Of a stretch of DNA of 64,000 bases, positions 47,826 to 61,101 are shown in pieces. The stretch spans positions 124,001 through 188,000 of the forward strand of contig NW_027191484.1 of assembly GCF_011745625.1 (NCBI RefSeq). Reading direction: 5' to 3'. The position numbers and the translations under genes were made by a program. Below the pieces are notes generated by a model. That model was not told the origin of the DNA, did no database searches, and saw only the letters and a list, made by a program, of their open reading frames with translations. Each line of letters starts with the position of its first letter. The first letter of the stretch is position 1. Source of the DNA: Cladosporium halotolerans (Eukaryota).

Positions 47826-47984
47826 ACTCGAAGCTCGAAGCTTCAGCCAGGGCCACGGCTGCGGAGAACATGGTGTTATCAGCAGGCGTGACGTAAGTTC
47901 TGGAAGCTTTCCCGAGCCTCCCCAAAGACTAGAACTACGCCTCCCTTCTCACACGAGCCGAATATCCACGTTTCGTACGTGCAA

Positions 47985-48609
47985 ATGTCAACTCTCGTTG
48001 AACCCCATGAAGCCTTACAGCTCGCCGAAAAGCAAACAGCGTACCATACTAAGGCTGTTCGACGCCTCGACTGTTCTGCTACCGACCTCAACGACCTTCT
48101 TGAGATAGCGCGAGGTCTTCAACCCAAAGACGTGTTCAAGGAATACCAGGAAATACGTTTCGTTTACGAATACCTGCACATGGGGGAAGGACTGAGCGCA
48201 GTCAGGGAACTCATAAAGAGCTGGATTGATGTAAGGCACAAAAGGGATCTAGCACGAATAAGCGTTCTGCTAATCCGATCAGAAAGTCGAAAATATTGCC
48301 GACGTAGAGAGTCTCATGTCGCGGAAGAAGGCCTGGAAGGTATTGAATGGGTTCGCTGTTTTCAAGATGAAGGAGCAAAGCGGTGTGGCCTGGTCGAGGC
48401 TATGCGACCATGGTCGCACAGACGCCGACCTCGAGAACAAGAATCACCCGCAAACGATCGTATTCATCGCTCTTACTAAGCTGGACTACGACAACGGGTT
48501 CTTCATGCCATTGGAGTCAGGCACCTACGTATGCATAGATTCCACGGCGGATATTGTATATCCTCCTTCCGGAGGCGGTATGGGTGTCATGATGTATCTA
48601 AACATTTGA
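47985..48609 (+). CDS. Hypothetical protein, possibly a degenerate cupin/PhyH-like fold, 2 exons
   Basis: Intron 48231-48280 (GTAAGG...CTAAT...CAG) joins to the frame ending at 48609. Contains IVFIALTKLDYDNGF. Confidence 0.55.
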
Positions 48610-48775
48610 ATTACCTGTCGCAGCTTCCTTCACAAGCCTGGATTTACATATTCCGCCACGACCCGAGGGCTATCGAGCACGAGTAACTCACCAACTGGAT
48701 GCTGTCCTGAAGCGTTGTCACGCATTCAGAAATTGTGCTTTGACTCATTGGCGTCATTCGCGGGATTCGCTTGTC

Positions 48776-49950
48776 TCAGGCTATCCTCGATGGATTTACC
48801 AGAGACAAACTGTTCTCGAAGAGGTGAGCATTGCGATAGCCAAGTTCGTGAGTGATGGTCGCGATACTTGACGTTGATGTTAGCTTGGCACACCGACATG
48901 CAGGCAAAAGCTTACTGCTTCGTTCTCCCCAAAATCTGATCCACGAAACTTGGAACAAACAACGAGTTCTTTTCCGGCCATTCAGACTCTTGAATGTCGA
49001 ACTCCTTCGCAGACAAGGCTCCCTTGATGTATTCAAGACTTGAAGCTCTTGCGGACGCTAATTGATAATAGTAAGTAGGCGGCCGGTTCCCTGGGTTGCG
49101 TATCGAAGTCAGTATCTCAGCTCATGCTCGGGCATTGCCAACTTGACTCACATAGTAGTATCAAGACTGCAGCTTTATCGTCCCAACCATTCACACTGAG
49201 CATATCGATGAGTTTGTTCACGTAAACAGCAGTACGCACTAGCCGACGTGCGTACTGCTTATCGGTGCTCCCATACATGATACACACGATGTCCAGTATG
49301 GGCTCTCGTAAGGATTCGTCCGTCTTGAAGACCACCGCACAAGCAGAGAGAACGATAATCTTTTGGAAATTAGCAATCATCGAGGCCAAAGAAGCTTTTT
49401 GCGAATTTCGAGCAGAGACTTCGGCGTAATGCTGGATGCTCGCCAGAACTCTTGAGGCATTTGCCAGGCACACAGTCGAAGAAGGTGTGATGAGCTGATT
49501 TCCACATCGTGGTTCCTCATGTCCGACATTCAAGAGATGCGCCGCTGCTTCACCATTACGCATCATTGTCAACACACCTTGCTGTTCAAGAAACTTCCGT
49601 AATGGTTTTGGTGTACCATCAATCAAATTGTCTGCGATTGTCTGCCATTGCGGTCTTCTCTTTGGTGCCTGAAATGCTGCCTTCGGACCAGAATTTTCTT
49701 GAGCAGGAGGTGGTTGCCATAGCCGTACTTCTAAGCCGCCGGTCTCGGTGCGCTTCCTCTTGGAGGCAACTGATGAATTGTTTGGCTTACGTGGGAAGTG
49801 AGACGCCTGCCCCGACGTCGTAGTCGTAAGATCAAGTCGTGGTGTTTGTGCATAAGCACAACGACTTTCTCTCATGTTCACAACCAAACTTTCAAGATAG
49901 ATTCTGTACTCTGTTTCGCTGCCCTTGAATCCATCGATTCGTTCGGGCAT
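48776..49950 (-). CDS. Hypothetical protein, 3 exons
   Basis: Starts MPERIDGFKGSETEYRIYLESLV. Introns starting GTGAGT (~49151) and GTAAGC (~48915) splice in frame to the stop at 48776. Confidence 0.7.
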
Positions 49951-51344
49951 CGTTTCGAGCCTGGTCTCGTTCCGGATGTTATCTTGTCTTTCGTGTAACA
50001 GGCTAGCGCCTGCTCGGACACGTGTATGCGATACAGTTCAAGTCGAATAGCACAGCAGGTATCGTGAGTTACTTTTTGTCTGAGTTCGCTCAAGGGAAGT
50101 ATACGACTAGAATGATGATAGATCGGAAGATGCTCGCCACGAAAGGAAAGGGAAGAACCTCAAAGCGCTGAGCTCATGCAGCTGAGCCCTGCTCATGTCT
50201 CGCTAGACCAGCCTAGGAAGGACAAATCCTCCCCTCCTTATGAGGCATAGTGTATAGCTTCTCGTATCATCATCACACCTTCAGTTACATGCAACCGGAA
50301 CCGGCGCTTATGGCAGAACCTGGCTCGGTGGGGCCAAATCGTGAACAATTAAGACTGACTGGGATTGACGATCACTCCTTCGATCTGCGCAGATGATACT
50401 TCAAGAACGTAACCAATATTTGCATGTTTCGAAAATATAGCATCACATTACGAGCAAAACTGTGCCGGTCAAGTACTCAGGCGTACAGTGCACTCGCTTA
50501 GGTCCATGATTGGAAGGAAATACATTGTGGTTCTCCTCAGTACGCCAAGGATTGCCGAATATTCATGTGCACATCAATCACATCTTGTGCAATTTGCGTA
50601 CCGGCCTGGTATAGCGATCCGGCCTTGCCAGCCGTGCTTGTTAGGAACGTTTCACATGAAAGCATCAGTAGTCTAAAGAAGCGCATGAGAAAGAGCGTTG
50701 CTCTGAGCTATGATATCGTCGTGGTTGAGCTCTCTGCATATGGAGGAACGAGTGTTGCATCGTGGCGTGAGCCGAGACACAAGCGTTGCAGCTTGTCTGC
50801 ATGGGCTATCTTGACTGCTCCAACGTCGTTCTTCGGCTGAAAAGGCGGTTTTCTATATAAGATCTATGAAGACTCGGTCTTCAGGCTCCAGTGAGTCCCA
50901 AGTCATCGAAACAGAAATTGCATCTATCCCCATTAGCATCGCTCCAAAACAAGTCTTTCACGAAGCCTTCTCAAAGCTAAAGCCTTTCTAGAACAGGTTT
51001 GTACTTTCAGAGCAATGAGCAATAGAATTACAGCTGACCCAGAAAAGATAAGCTAAGCGACATCACTCGTCTCATAGCAACATGGCCGCATCAACTATCC
51101 CTGAGCCAGTGCTGAACGAGAAGTGCAGCAATTGCAACAAAAACAACATATCCGGGGCTAAGACCTGCGAGTTCTGTGGGAAGGCATTGACCGGGGGCCG
51201 CTAAGAGCGAACTTCATGGCAACTGCGCGAAGCGATGTACCCGGTGATATGTGGAGAAGACGGTCGGTGCGATAAGTACGAGTACTAAACAAGTCTGTCA
51301 TTATCAAAAAGAAGCTAGAGCTTTCAGTAATTGCTACGGTCACT

Positions 51345-52262
51345 TTAGTCGTTCCATTCGAAAAATGATGTGGCCACGTCAAGAAAGCCAATCTCCATCA
51401 GACTAGCTTGCATCCGTGATTTCCATTCTTTCCTATACTCTGCGTCCTTGTAATCCGACGCGGAAGTGTCCAAGTCCATGGATCCACTCACACAGAATTT
51501 TGTCTTTATCCACTCTCGAGGGACGAAGCCCGCGCATTCCCAGTCAATGATTCCGAAGGTCTCTGTTTCGAGGTTGACGAGGATATTTCCTGGGACGAGA
51601 TCGCAGTGATAGAAGCAGAGAGTAGAACACTCCATTCCGATTTCGCGGGAGTTTGTCGCAAGAATTGAAGGTGCAAAATTTCCAGCTTGGTGGCTCTTGA
51701 GAAGGTATAGTTCGGGCAGGTGACCCCCGTCGACACCACTTATTTCTTTCCCGTGGAATTTCGCAAGAGCAAAACATAGATCTGTGACATTGCGTACGCA
51801 TTTGGACTTGAGGTCCTCATTCATTCGTGGCCAAGCTTCGTGCAAAGTTATTCCAGGCACCTTGCTCATCGCAAGATAGTACCGCCCGTCCCATTCGCCA
51901 TGGAAGAGAACGCTTGGTGTATCGCAGTTTTCGGGTAACATGTCTTTGATCGCGTTAAGCGTGTCATGTTCTCTTGTCACCTGAGGCGAATGTGGAATTA
52001 CGAGCTTTAGGAAAGCATCTCCAATATTCCAGATGATGTGGCGGGAATTCTTGCCAGCCTCATGGACGACTGGGAAGTTGCAATGAGCTTTCCCTGACTG
52101 AATGACTTCTGACGTTTCGGTGACGCAGTAGTATGATCCTGCACCATCACTCCAGGAGCAGCCGTTCGGGTTTGGTCCCCGTGAGAGAATGAGCTTGTCG
52201 CCGATAACCCAGCGATCGTCGTCCAGCGTGCGCATGAACTCTTGTATCAAGCGTTCGAGCAT
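51345..52262 (-). CDS. Aminoglycoside phosphotransferase / choline-kinase-like (APH family) protein
   Basis: AFLK..TREHDTL..PSVL..YLAMSKVPG, Brenner motif FYHCDLVPGNILV, and GIIDWECAGF. Confidence 0.88.
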   Translation of the reverse strand: MLERLIQEFMRTLDDDRWVIGDKLILSRGPNPNGCSWSDGAGSYYCVTETSEVIQSGKAHCNFPVVHEAGKNSRHIIWNIGDAFLKLVIPHSPQVTREHDTLNAIKDMLPENCDTPSVLFHGEWDGRYYLAMSKVPGITLHEAWPRMNEDLKSKCVRNVTDLCFALAKFHGKEISGVDGGHLPELYLLKSHQAGNFAPSILATNSREIGMECSTLCFYHCDLVPGNILVNLETETFGIIDWECAGFVPREWIKTKFCVSGSMDLDTSASDYKDAEYRKEWKSRMQASLMEIGFLDVATSFFEWND

Positions 52263-54994
52263 CCTTTGGTAGCAAGATATCACGAATGGAGGATCTGAAA
52301 ATGTGAAGTTCAAAAGTCTTGTAAGAGACAGCATATATAGCTTAGTCAAGTCACAACAGGGGTCTCAGAGTTGTGGCCCTGGCGCCCAGTCCCGCGCCCC
52401 TGCAGCACGTTTCAGACTATTTAGAGCACGGGTGACGCCGCAAGCTGCATCCAATAGCAATATCGGCGGTAAATTACGCCAAACATCTGAGTGCACGAAC
52501 CCTTACGTCTATAGATAGGTATCGAAAGGACACCGCCTTATCCTGAAAGTATCCTGGCGCAAGCACTTCTGTGGGGCAATAGACGAACCGAATACATGCA
52601 ACATACCCGAGTAAAACGTCCACTTAATGGCTCTGGATGCTAACAGTTAGAGAGTTTGCAAGCCGTCGTCGTGCTTAGAGCTACGCTGCCTTTGCCCTCC
52701 AAAGTCACTCTGGTCTTAGTGTGCTTTGACAATGGTCTCAGAATAGTTATAGAGCAGAAACATGCTGTACTGTATTGTAGCGGCTCAAGCATAGTTACTG
52801 TGCTGCGTGAGCGTCAAAGAATGCTACACGGTGATCCAAAGGCACGGAGTAGACAAAAAAAAGCCGCGCGAGCCCGGTGTTAGGTCTGTTGACCTAAGTG
52901 ACTACCGTCACGTGAGTATAAGTCAGGTGACTAAGAAGTCGGGTTGGTACTCGGTGGAGAGGGCACGAAGTGCAGAGGCAAAGATACAGTGAACAAGCAG
53001 TCACTATGAACAATGAGTTGAACGCAAGAGTACCAGTGGTCTTCTTGGGTTCCTATATACCAAAGAGATTCGTACTGTAGTTACAGTGATCAGTGTGATC
53101 GGTGTGATCAGTGTCGCTGAGCAACTGATCACTGAGCACCTCGTCACGTGTCTTTGGTGTGCTCAGTGTGGTTGTTCAGGACGTCGCGCTGAGCAGTTTC
53201 AGCCGCATCCTGAAGTTTGGTGGCCTCAGGCCACTCAAACCCGTGTTCGTAACACCCGGCAGATCAATGACACGATTTAGGATGCTGGAACCAGCGTCAC
53301 ACATAGATCTAATATACACATTCTGGTGACATGACAAGCGGGAACTAACAAACTTCCAGCACTTTTCATGATGCTGTTGTGCTGAATCTATACTTACGTT
53401 GGACTTCTTGGATCCAGCAAAATGTTAGTAATCTACCTTGTGCATTCCCGGCTCTTATTCCGGGGCGTCATTACAGGACATTCTCTCGATGTTTTCAGAA
53501 GTTAGGTGAGGCTTTCAGGTACATTATGACATGCATGTTGTATGTCGCCGAGCGGGGCCGCTCTACCGCACGCGGTGCGTAAAGGCGAAATTTGATTGAC
53601 TCGGTAAACCCAAGTTACTGGAAAAGGGATTTCAGGAACGAGATTAGTGATCCAGCATCACGTGCCCTGCGCTTGGGCAAGCGGGAAGGGCCGTGCGATT
53701 CCCACGCGGAAGAGGCTTTTACCGGCCAACGACGCTTTTATGTCTAGTCTTCATGCTATCTCTCATATAAACATCGGACTGGGACAGATGCATAAGCGGA
53801 AGAGACTAGGGAATTGAGCTGTCCCAGTGTGTCTGGGCGATGCTGCGCTGTGCCAGACACAATCGGGAAAAGACCATGTCATCCCACTGTATCACAAGCG
53901 TTACGCGAAAACCAGGAGAGGATTCCTGATTCCCGAATTCAGGATCACGTGCTGTGGATGTCACCGCCCCGGATGTTGCCGCACTTTCCCAGGCACGGGC
54001 GGGTGAGAACCGTGTTTTCGAAGTCCCCCATTCTCACCTTCGTTCTCAATTGCAGGATCCCAGCGTGTTGTCGTCTGTACACTGCGTGAACTTCTGGCAG
54101 ACTCTCCTTGGGCTATTATACAATCGATAAGCGCGAGCTCGCTTCAAGATTGTAGCTTCCAGATAAATAACGGAACATCATCGACCCCGGGTCGAAAGTC
54201 CAGCATTCGGGAATCACGAATCATTACTCAAGGAGGCAATTTTGCAACTAGGAAGTATGGATCAGGAAATAGGAATGGAGGAAAGAACAGAAGCAAGCTG
54301 GCCGGATGCTATTTTTAAACATCTCTAGCACGCGTTCTGGCACGTGAGATCACAACTTTACAAGTTAACCATTTTGCGATCTCACACGGGCCAGCCATAG
54401 GTCAAATGGCGCATGGCGCATACAGATGGTATTCGATAGAACAGGTCGTGCCAGAGCCAATTTGCAGGGTGGATTGCTGTCCCTCTTCTTCTATACCAAG
54501 GCATCCACATCTTGTAAAATCGGTTCTTTGCGGCTTCTTAGCCCTCTTGAGCTTCTCGAAACATGGTAATTGCTCGAGGACACTGTGCCCAGTGGTCTGC
54601 TGCTCACATTATCGCCCGCCTCGCAATGTGTCAGATAGCTCGGAAGTGAGAGCGTGATCGTAGGGCATGTTTCTTCGCATGCAAACCTCTACCGTATCTC
54701 TGCTCGTACGTTCGGTGCCGGCCGAATTGTGATCTAGCTTGCCCAAGAGAGTGTCTCCGTTGGCTCTTGGTCATACTAGCAACTCGCGATGAAAGCCAAG
54801 GTCTATATAACAGAGCGAAGGCGGTCCAGCTCCAGCGATTCAAAATACAGCGAAAAGCTCTCGAGAACGGCATTGAAAAGCGGTTAGGCTTGCACTTTAT
54901 GGCCTGCAGATTCCCAAGTATGAAATGGACGCCGAGGTCTTGACGTGTTTGCCTAGAGTAACACAGAGTCTAAGTCGGTGTAAATGAGACATAC

Positions 54995-55981
54995 TCAGAT
55001 GTGAACGTATGACGTAGGTCTGAGGCCATAGTAAGTCTCCGTTTCCGGCTGAACCAGACCAGAGTCCGCTAGCACAGCTTGACTATGGGTGCGATTGTCG
55101 ATTTGAAGCGAGTCCGGATCCACAGGAGTACCGTTATGATACGTGGCCGAACCCTCTAAACTGAAAATGCGGATCAAAGCCTGATCAATATGGGGGCCTG
55201 ATAAATGGAGCGACTCGGAGTTGAGATTCGATGCTAGAGTTTCGGCAGTTTGGCGCGCGTCAACCTCCAGCATTAAGATGTACTTTCTAACGTGCTTTCG
55301 CGTCTCAGCCTGAGCAGGGTCGGCTTCAAAGAGAAGCTGTCGTGTCCAGAAGAGAAGATCACTTCGTAGCCTGCCGGCTATCTCGCGTACGGCCACATCG
55401 GATTTTGTGCCGCAGCTTATCTCGATATGCAAGAGGTGGGCTGCAGGGGCTACTTCTCGAGTTAGTCCGAGGTTTCCAACTTCTCTCTTCCCAGTCAGGT
55501 AGCTGGCTCACATACGCGGAATACGACAGGCGTCAGAGTGAAAGTATTGCTCTTCCAAGATCAGATCTGCTTCGACGTAGGTCTTAGGAGCGAAGAGAGC
55601 GCGAATGGCAGGCCATGATAAATTAGGCGAGGCCAGCCTGCTCTCAAAGCTGTCGAAGCGCCAGGTCGTATCGATATGGAGGAGGGTTAAGATGAGGTCC
55701 CCCTGCAGGTTATCACGGTGGTTGGCAGCGGCAGGCAGCTGAGGCGTCGTGCCGGCACTGCTCTCATCGAGGTCCGATGACTGACGACGAGACCAGGGCG
55801 CGTTGATGGCGCGCTTCTCGATTGTAGAGGGCTGGTCGCTATATCGGCAAAGGAAGACGGCGGCATAGAGAGCGTTGCCTGCGTGGACGTACAGCTGTAC
55901 ATCGCGCAGAAGCCGGAGCGTGTCGGGTTCGTATGCAAAAACCTGCGCCACGTAGCCGCCAGCGGAGAATCGCAACGCCAT
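54995..55981 (-). CDS. Hypothetical protein, 2 exons
   Basis: ORF 55508-56023 (start MALRF) is joined by a GTATGT...CTAAC...TAG intron to ORF 54995-55432. Confidence 0.45.
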
Positions 55982-56567
55982 TCGTGATCGAGATCTGTGC
56001 CGACTCCAGACTGCTGAGTGCACGTGTGGACTGCGTGCGGTGGAGCTGAGCTTGATCGACGATGCTGCACGGGGTCATGGGATTCTTAAAAGTCCGTGAT
56101 GAGTTCGCAATTGCTGGGCTGATCGGGTGTTCTCGACTGTAAGTGGAACCGCTGATGGTGCAAGCGTTCGCCAGCTACGGGGCAGATCGGGAAGCAGCTC
56201 CGTCGCGTTCCTGTCACGTGCTCATCTCGTGAGGCGTTCTCAGAAGTAGTGATCAGGTGCGGTATTATACGAACCGACCCAGACCACTATCTCTACCATC
56301 TAATGTTTGACTCCTAGGAGCTTGGTAACGCTTCCCGCGAGTTTGAACGCAATCGTTATTACTGAGACGTCGGATTGAAGTGCAGACCTTACAACTATAC
56401 CTCTCAACTAGCATCGGCTTTTGGGATCTTGATGATGCTTCTCGCATTCTTAACGCATCTATTGCCAATGAGACGTCAGCCCGCTCGGTTTTAAGGTAAG
56501 CTCAAATCTAAGTGTTTCTGAGAAAATCAATCTATCAGCCGAAAGGAGCGTGGATTTTACGATATAT

Positions 56568-57030
56568 CTACAGTAAGAGTCTTGGACCCAGATGTTCAAT
56601 TTTCTCCATCTCCTCCCGTGTTTCCGCTACCAATCTGGCAAGACCGGCCGTCTGCATCGGCTTCGTGAGATACTTGCTCACGCCAGCATTGTAAGCATTG
56701 TTCCGTGAGTCCTTATTCGTGACACCGGTCAGAGCGGCGATGACCGTCTCCGATAACCTCTGCTTGCGTACAATCTCCCGAATCTTGGCGCTGGACTCGA
56801 AGCTGTCCATGACCGGCATGGACATGTCCATTAGAAGGAGGAAATACTGCCTTGGGTTGACTTTATACATTTGAAATGCTTCGAGACCGTTCGAAGCACA
56901 GTCGTGCTGCAAGCATTGCTTCCTCATGAGAGCTATTAGGAGCTAGGGGACGCGTTAGAATGCCAGCAAAATAAATGCCATAGTAGACTGACTCTCATGT
57001 TATCCAATAACAACGACAACATTCTGGAGC
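56568..57030 (-). pseudogene. Orphan response-regulator receiver domain (3' remnant of a hybrid histidine kinase)
   Basis: ASNGLEA..LMDMSMPVMDSFE..IAALTG..AGVSKYLTKP. The upstream exon is degenerate (LLLDNMR in place of VLLVDDN) and the conserved MDG is changed to MDS. Confidence 0.65.
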
Positions 57031-57234
57031 TCGTCCAAAGCCAGAATGACGATTAATACTAACAGATTTCGGACGGGATGCCGGCCCTTCATACCCTGCT
57101 CCTAGAATTGTCTTTAGGATGCGTTCCCTTACCCACGTCATGTTTCATTACAAGATGAGGGTATACCCACATCATTACCGGCAGTACCGGCAAGAGAGGT
57201 CTCAAGCTAGTGGCCGTGCTTAACGCCCTTCTAA

Positions 57235-60200
57235 TCAATTGTCCGGCACAGGCGATGCCTTGCTCAATTCCAACTTCCACTTCCCGATGACTTCTTTAAC
57301 AGTTTTGAGCCCAGCGGGCTTAGTGATGTACTCATCCGTACCAGCATTTTCCGCTGCTCGACGATCCTTGTCACTCACCAGGCCCGTCAGCGCCACGATT
57401 TGTGAGCGCTTACCGTCGCTTCTCGAGCCCTCTATGCGACGAATCGCGGATGTCGCCTCAAAGCCGCTGATTTTAGGCATGCTCTGTTCGAGATTTTAGC
57501 GTGGTTCCAGCGCACACAGGGATATCTTGCCGGACGAAATACCAGGTCCATGAAGACGATATCGAAGGCATCTTTACTGCCAACAGCCTTCTCATACAGA
57601 TCAATAGCTTGTTGGCCTCCGGTGGCCTGGGCGTAGTTGGCTGCATCGATGCCACATTTCTTTACGAACATGGTAAGCATCTTCAAATTTACATTGTCTA
57701 GGATGCTGTCAGCTTGATGATTCTTGCGTTTTTAGGAATTGCAATCGCCATACTGTCATCAACAAGAAGTATCTTGGGTTGAGTGGGCGGCTTTGATCCA
57801 TCATCGTCATTTTCTTCTTGATCTTGCTCACCCGTCCCCTGTTTTGTTTTTCCGACTTGTTCGACTGGCACTCGATGACTCTTCTCCTTTTCGGCTGGCG
57901 CTTCGCTTGAATCATTGGTTTGTGAAGTTTTGCGCGGGTCGCTTGTCTGATCATCGACGCCTGAGAAATGCTTCGCTATGCTTGCTTCGGGCTCGTCTCC
58001 TAGAAGTTTGTTTTGAGCTGATGGTGGCTTTGTTTCGTCTGTACTGCGTGTGGAATTGGAGTCGTACTTGGAGTCTTGACGTGCGTCCTGGGCAGGTTTA
58101 ACTGTACGGACTGGGAGCCTAGCACCAGAGCTTTCGCAATGGTGATCAATTTGTTCGACGCCGGCCGATAGACCAGACTGCAAGCCACTGCCGTCGCTCG
58201 CGGCCAGCAAGCGGTCATTGCTTGGGTTGACCTCGTCGGGGTTAGAGGTCCTTTCCTTATGAAAATTGTTCCTGCTAGGTATGATCTGAGGGAAGAAGAG
58301 CGTCACTGCCTTCCACAGCTTCGAGGGCAAGATTGAACCAGTAATTATTGCATCAGCGACCTTCGAAGCAGCATCAATTTTTCTTGCATCATACTCAGAA
58401 TTCTTGCCAACATCTGCACAGACGGCCACCTTCTTAACATTCGCGAAGGCTTCTCCTGAAGACTCCTGGAACGACTCCAGGTCGGGATGCGCAATGAACA
58501 CAAGATCTGGAAACCCTTGATCTGATCCTTGGTGCCAGATCGTAATCTTGGGCTGGAACCAAGCTTCAAGAGTGGATGCCAGAGATCCGTGAAGAAGACG
58601 CACTGACCGCTCGCCGCGTTTGTCGTCTTGACCAAACCACTTGGGAAAATAGACGCTAGCTTTGAGGGTAGGGAGTTCGCTCATGTCGCAAACGGGCATT
58701 GGCGGTATTACAGCTGTTCCTGGATGGTAGCCGTCCTCGAGCTTTTGTTCGACACCCGCAATTAGATTGGGCAATGGCAAAATGATCGCAGCCTTACTAC
58801 CCAACGTCTCATCTGTCTCAAATACCACGTTGCCTTTGAGTTGTTCGACGTTCCGCTTCACTAGAGATAGCCCCAGGCCCATGCCGCTGTCTACAGGTTC
58901 CTGCTGCGAGAAAGGTACGAACAGGCTGTGCTTCATGAAATCCTCCGAGAAGCCTCGACCAGAGTCAATAACATCCAAGTAACAGTAGTTGCGGTCCAGT
59001 CTCAAGGACGAGCGGACACAGTATCTGCTTTGCGAGAATTTGATGGCATTACTCAAGAGATTCTCGAGTATGATGCGAAATGCGGAATGTCTCCCAATCT
59101 GACAGTTGTCCGTGCTGTGGGCATCGAATATGATTATAGAGAAATCATCTTCCTGGTTGTTTGCCAAGTTTCTTCCGTCGTCATGAATGTTGTCTTGGTG
59201 ATTCAGATCGGCTTTGCGCTCGATGGATGAGGACAAGATGGTGTCGGAGAGCCGCATCCGCTTCGCAACGTCCTCCACAACTTCCTCGCAGAGATCCACC
59301 AGGCTTGTGTCACCCGACGTGGGCAATTTTTCGCCTATTTTCTTGCCGATTTGTACAACATGTCCCTGGTTTTGGACTTTAACCTGGTGCGGTGCAGAGC
59401 CATCATTGGACAAATAGAGAGGCTGGTATATAGGCACAGCTGCAGCCTGACTCTGGACTCCGGAATGCAGTAAGATCTTGTCAATGGTTTCCAGAAGTTG
59501 TGTGGCACCAAATCTCGTTCATTGTCAGCCGAAACTCTATTTCTTTTCAGGGCAAGACAACACACCTTGCGTCGACCAACATCTCTCGCAGCTGGGGGCT
59601 ACAGTGGGTAGTAGCAAGGGCAAGATCCAGATTCCCGAGAATGTTGTGAAGCGGCGACCGAGTCTCGTGGCTGATAGACCCAATGAAATCAGACTTTACC
59701 CGATTGAGCAACCGGGATTCTATTCTTAAAATTATCGACATTGTTGCCATGCAAAATGAAGACATAGCGTTGAGATCAGTCTCGGGTCGGAAGACGCGGT
59801 CGTCGCCAAGGACCCAGCCCACACAGAGCGCTGTGTTACGATTGCGAACAGCGTCCCAAAGGGGTGTGAAGATGATCTGACGTGCGTGGGAAAAAGACCG
59901 GTTGAGTGATGCATTGGTCGCCGCGTCCAGCACTCTTGTATCGTAGCTGATGGCTCCAACAAAGATGGGCACATCTCCTGAATCATCAACGTGTAGTACG
60001 CCGCCGTTTGGGAAAGCCTCGAGTATCTTGGACACCGCTTTGGCATCCAAAGGAACAACCATGTCTATGCCGGGATCAAGCTTGCCCATGATGACTGAAT
60101 CCTTGGGAATAGTATTTTCATCTAGAAAGTGCAGAGTAGAGTGTCGAGTAGAAGGTGATAACTCCTGAAAGATAAGACCAGATAGATCGAGAAATTCATG

Positions 60201-61101
60201 GAGCCGTTCCCCCGCAGCCCTGTACACATCAGTTATTTCTGTCGGTCCTCTCGCCACGGTAGCATAGTCTCGAGATTCCTGCAATTGATTGTGTTCGTAC
60301 GCCTGATCATTGAGTAATGCTGAGAGGGCTTCGTTATGCCTCTCGGCACGTTTGCCCTCCAGCGCCTGCACGGCTTGAACTAGTTGTCTCATGACATGCT
60401 TCGTAGTCTGGTAAAGGTACTGCTGCTGAGGTTCACTGAGATTATCCCTGGCTGGAGTTTTGCTCATTGCAAACACCGTCCCGATGTTAAGGCCGTCAGG
60501 GCTTGCGATAGGCATGCCAACATAATGTCGAAAATCAGCCGTCGTCCCGTTGACATATGGCAAATTCTGCGTGCGCTGAGCCTTTCCCAAGTCTAGTTCT
60601 TCGTAAAATGCCGGTGCGCCCGGTTGATGCTCAAGTATGATCGTGCGCTCGCAGAGTCCGCCATGATGGCTAATTGAATCGCATCCATACCATTGAGCAG
60701 ACTCGAGCGAGATTCCGGCATCATTGATATTATCGCCAGTGGCTCCAGACAAGAAATACTGCGTATGCTCATCTAGGAGTGATATCATGACCTGCAGTAA
60801 TTAGCAAGCGGGCCAGGGTGAGTGCAATCTGAATTCCTACAATATCTGCATCCAGTTGCTTGACCACGCCTTTGAGTAAGGCTGCCAATGCCGGATCGGC
60901 AGTCTCAATTTTCCCATGAAGCAATGCCGAAGCGCAATCTTCTTTCCCGGAGTCAGAGCCATCTGGACTATACTGGACCATAGAAGGCCTGACCTGACAA
61001 TACTTCCTAACTTGCCACACACGCCGGCGGTGCGCAATGGTGGCCTTGTTCTCGTCAGATGGTTCATCCTTGCGCTTCCGCGTCTCCTGGCTCGGATCCA
61101 T
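57235..61101 (-). CDS. Hybrid histidine kinase (GAF - HisKA - HATPase - REC), 5 exons
   Basis: GAF (MISLLDEHTQYFL..FRHYVGMPI..NIGTV), H-box SISHETRSPLHNILG, N-box NLLSNAIKFS, G-boxes DSGRGFS and GMGLGLS, REC LLVDDN..VFMDLSMP..YITKP. Introns 60840-60792, 59565-59514, 57753-57698 and ~57543-57484. Confidence 0.92.

Larger units (their letters stand above)
5062..53084 (+). mobile_element. Starship giant transposon (boundaries approximate; right end unresolved and may extend beyond the window)
   Basis: A DUF3435-type tyrosine recombinase is the first gene and points into the cargo. Downstream lie ferric reductase, DUF3723 and patatin-like phospholipase, the recognised Starship auxiliary genes, in a dense orphan-rich block. 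The coordinates given are candidate TTAC sites only. Confidence 0.85.

Noticed and set aside
51345..52262. Bacterial antibiotic-resistance gene or Spok meiotic-drive gene
   Set aside because: APH-like kinases are common in fungi. The Spok coiled-coil/nuclease/Cys-rich architecture is absent and there is no evidence of bacterial origin.
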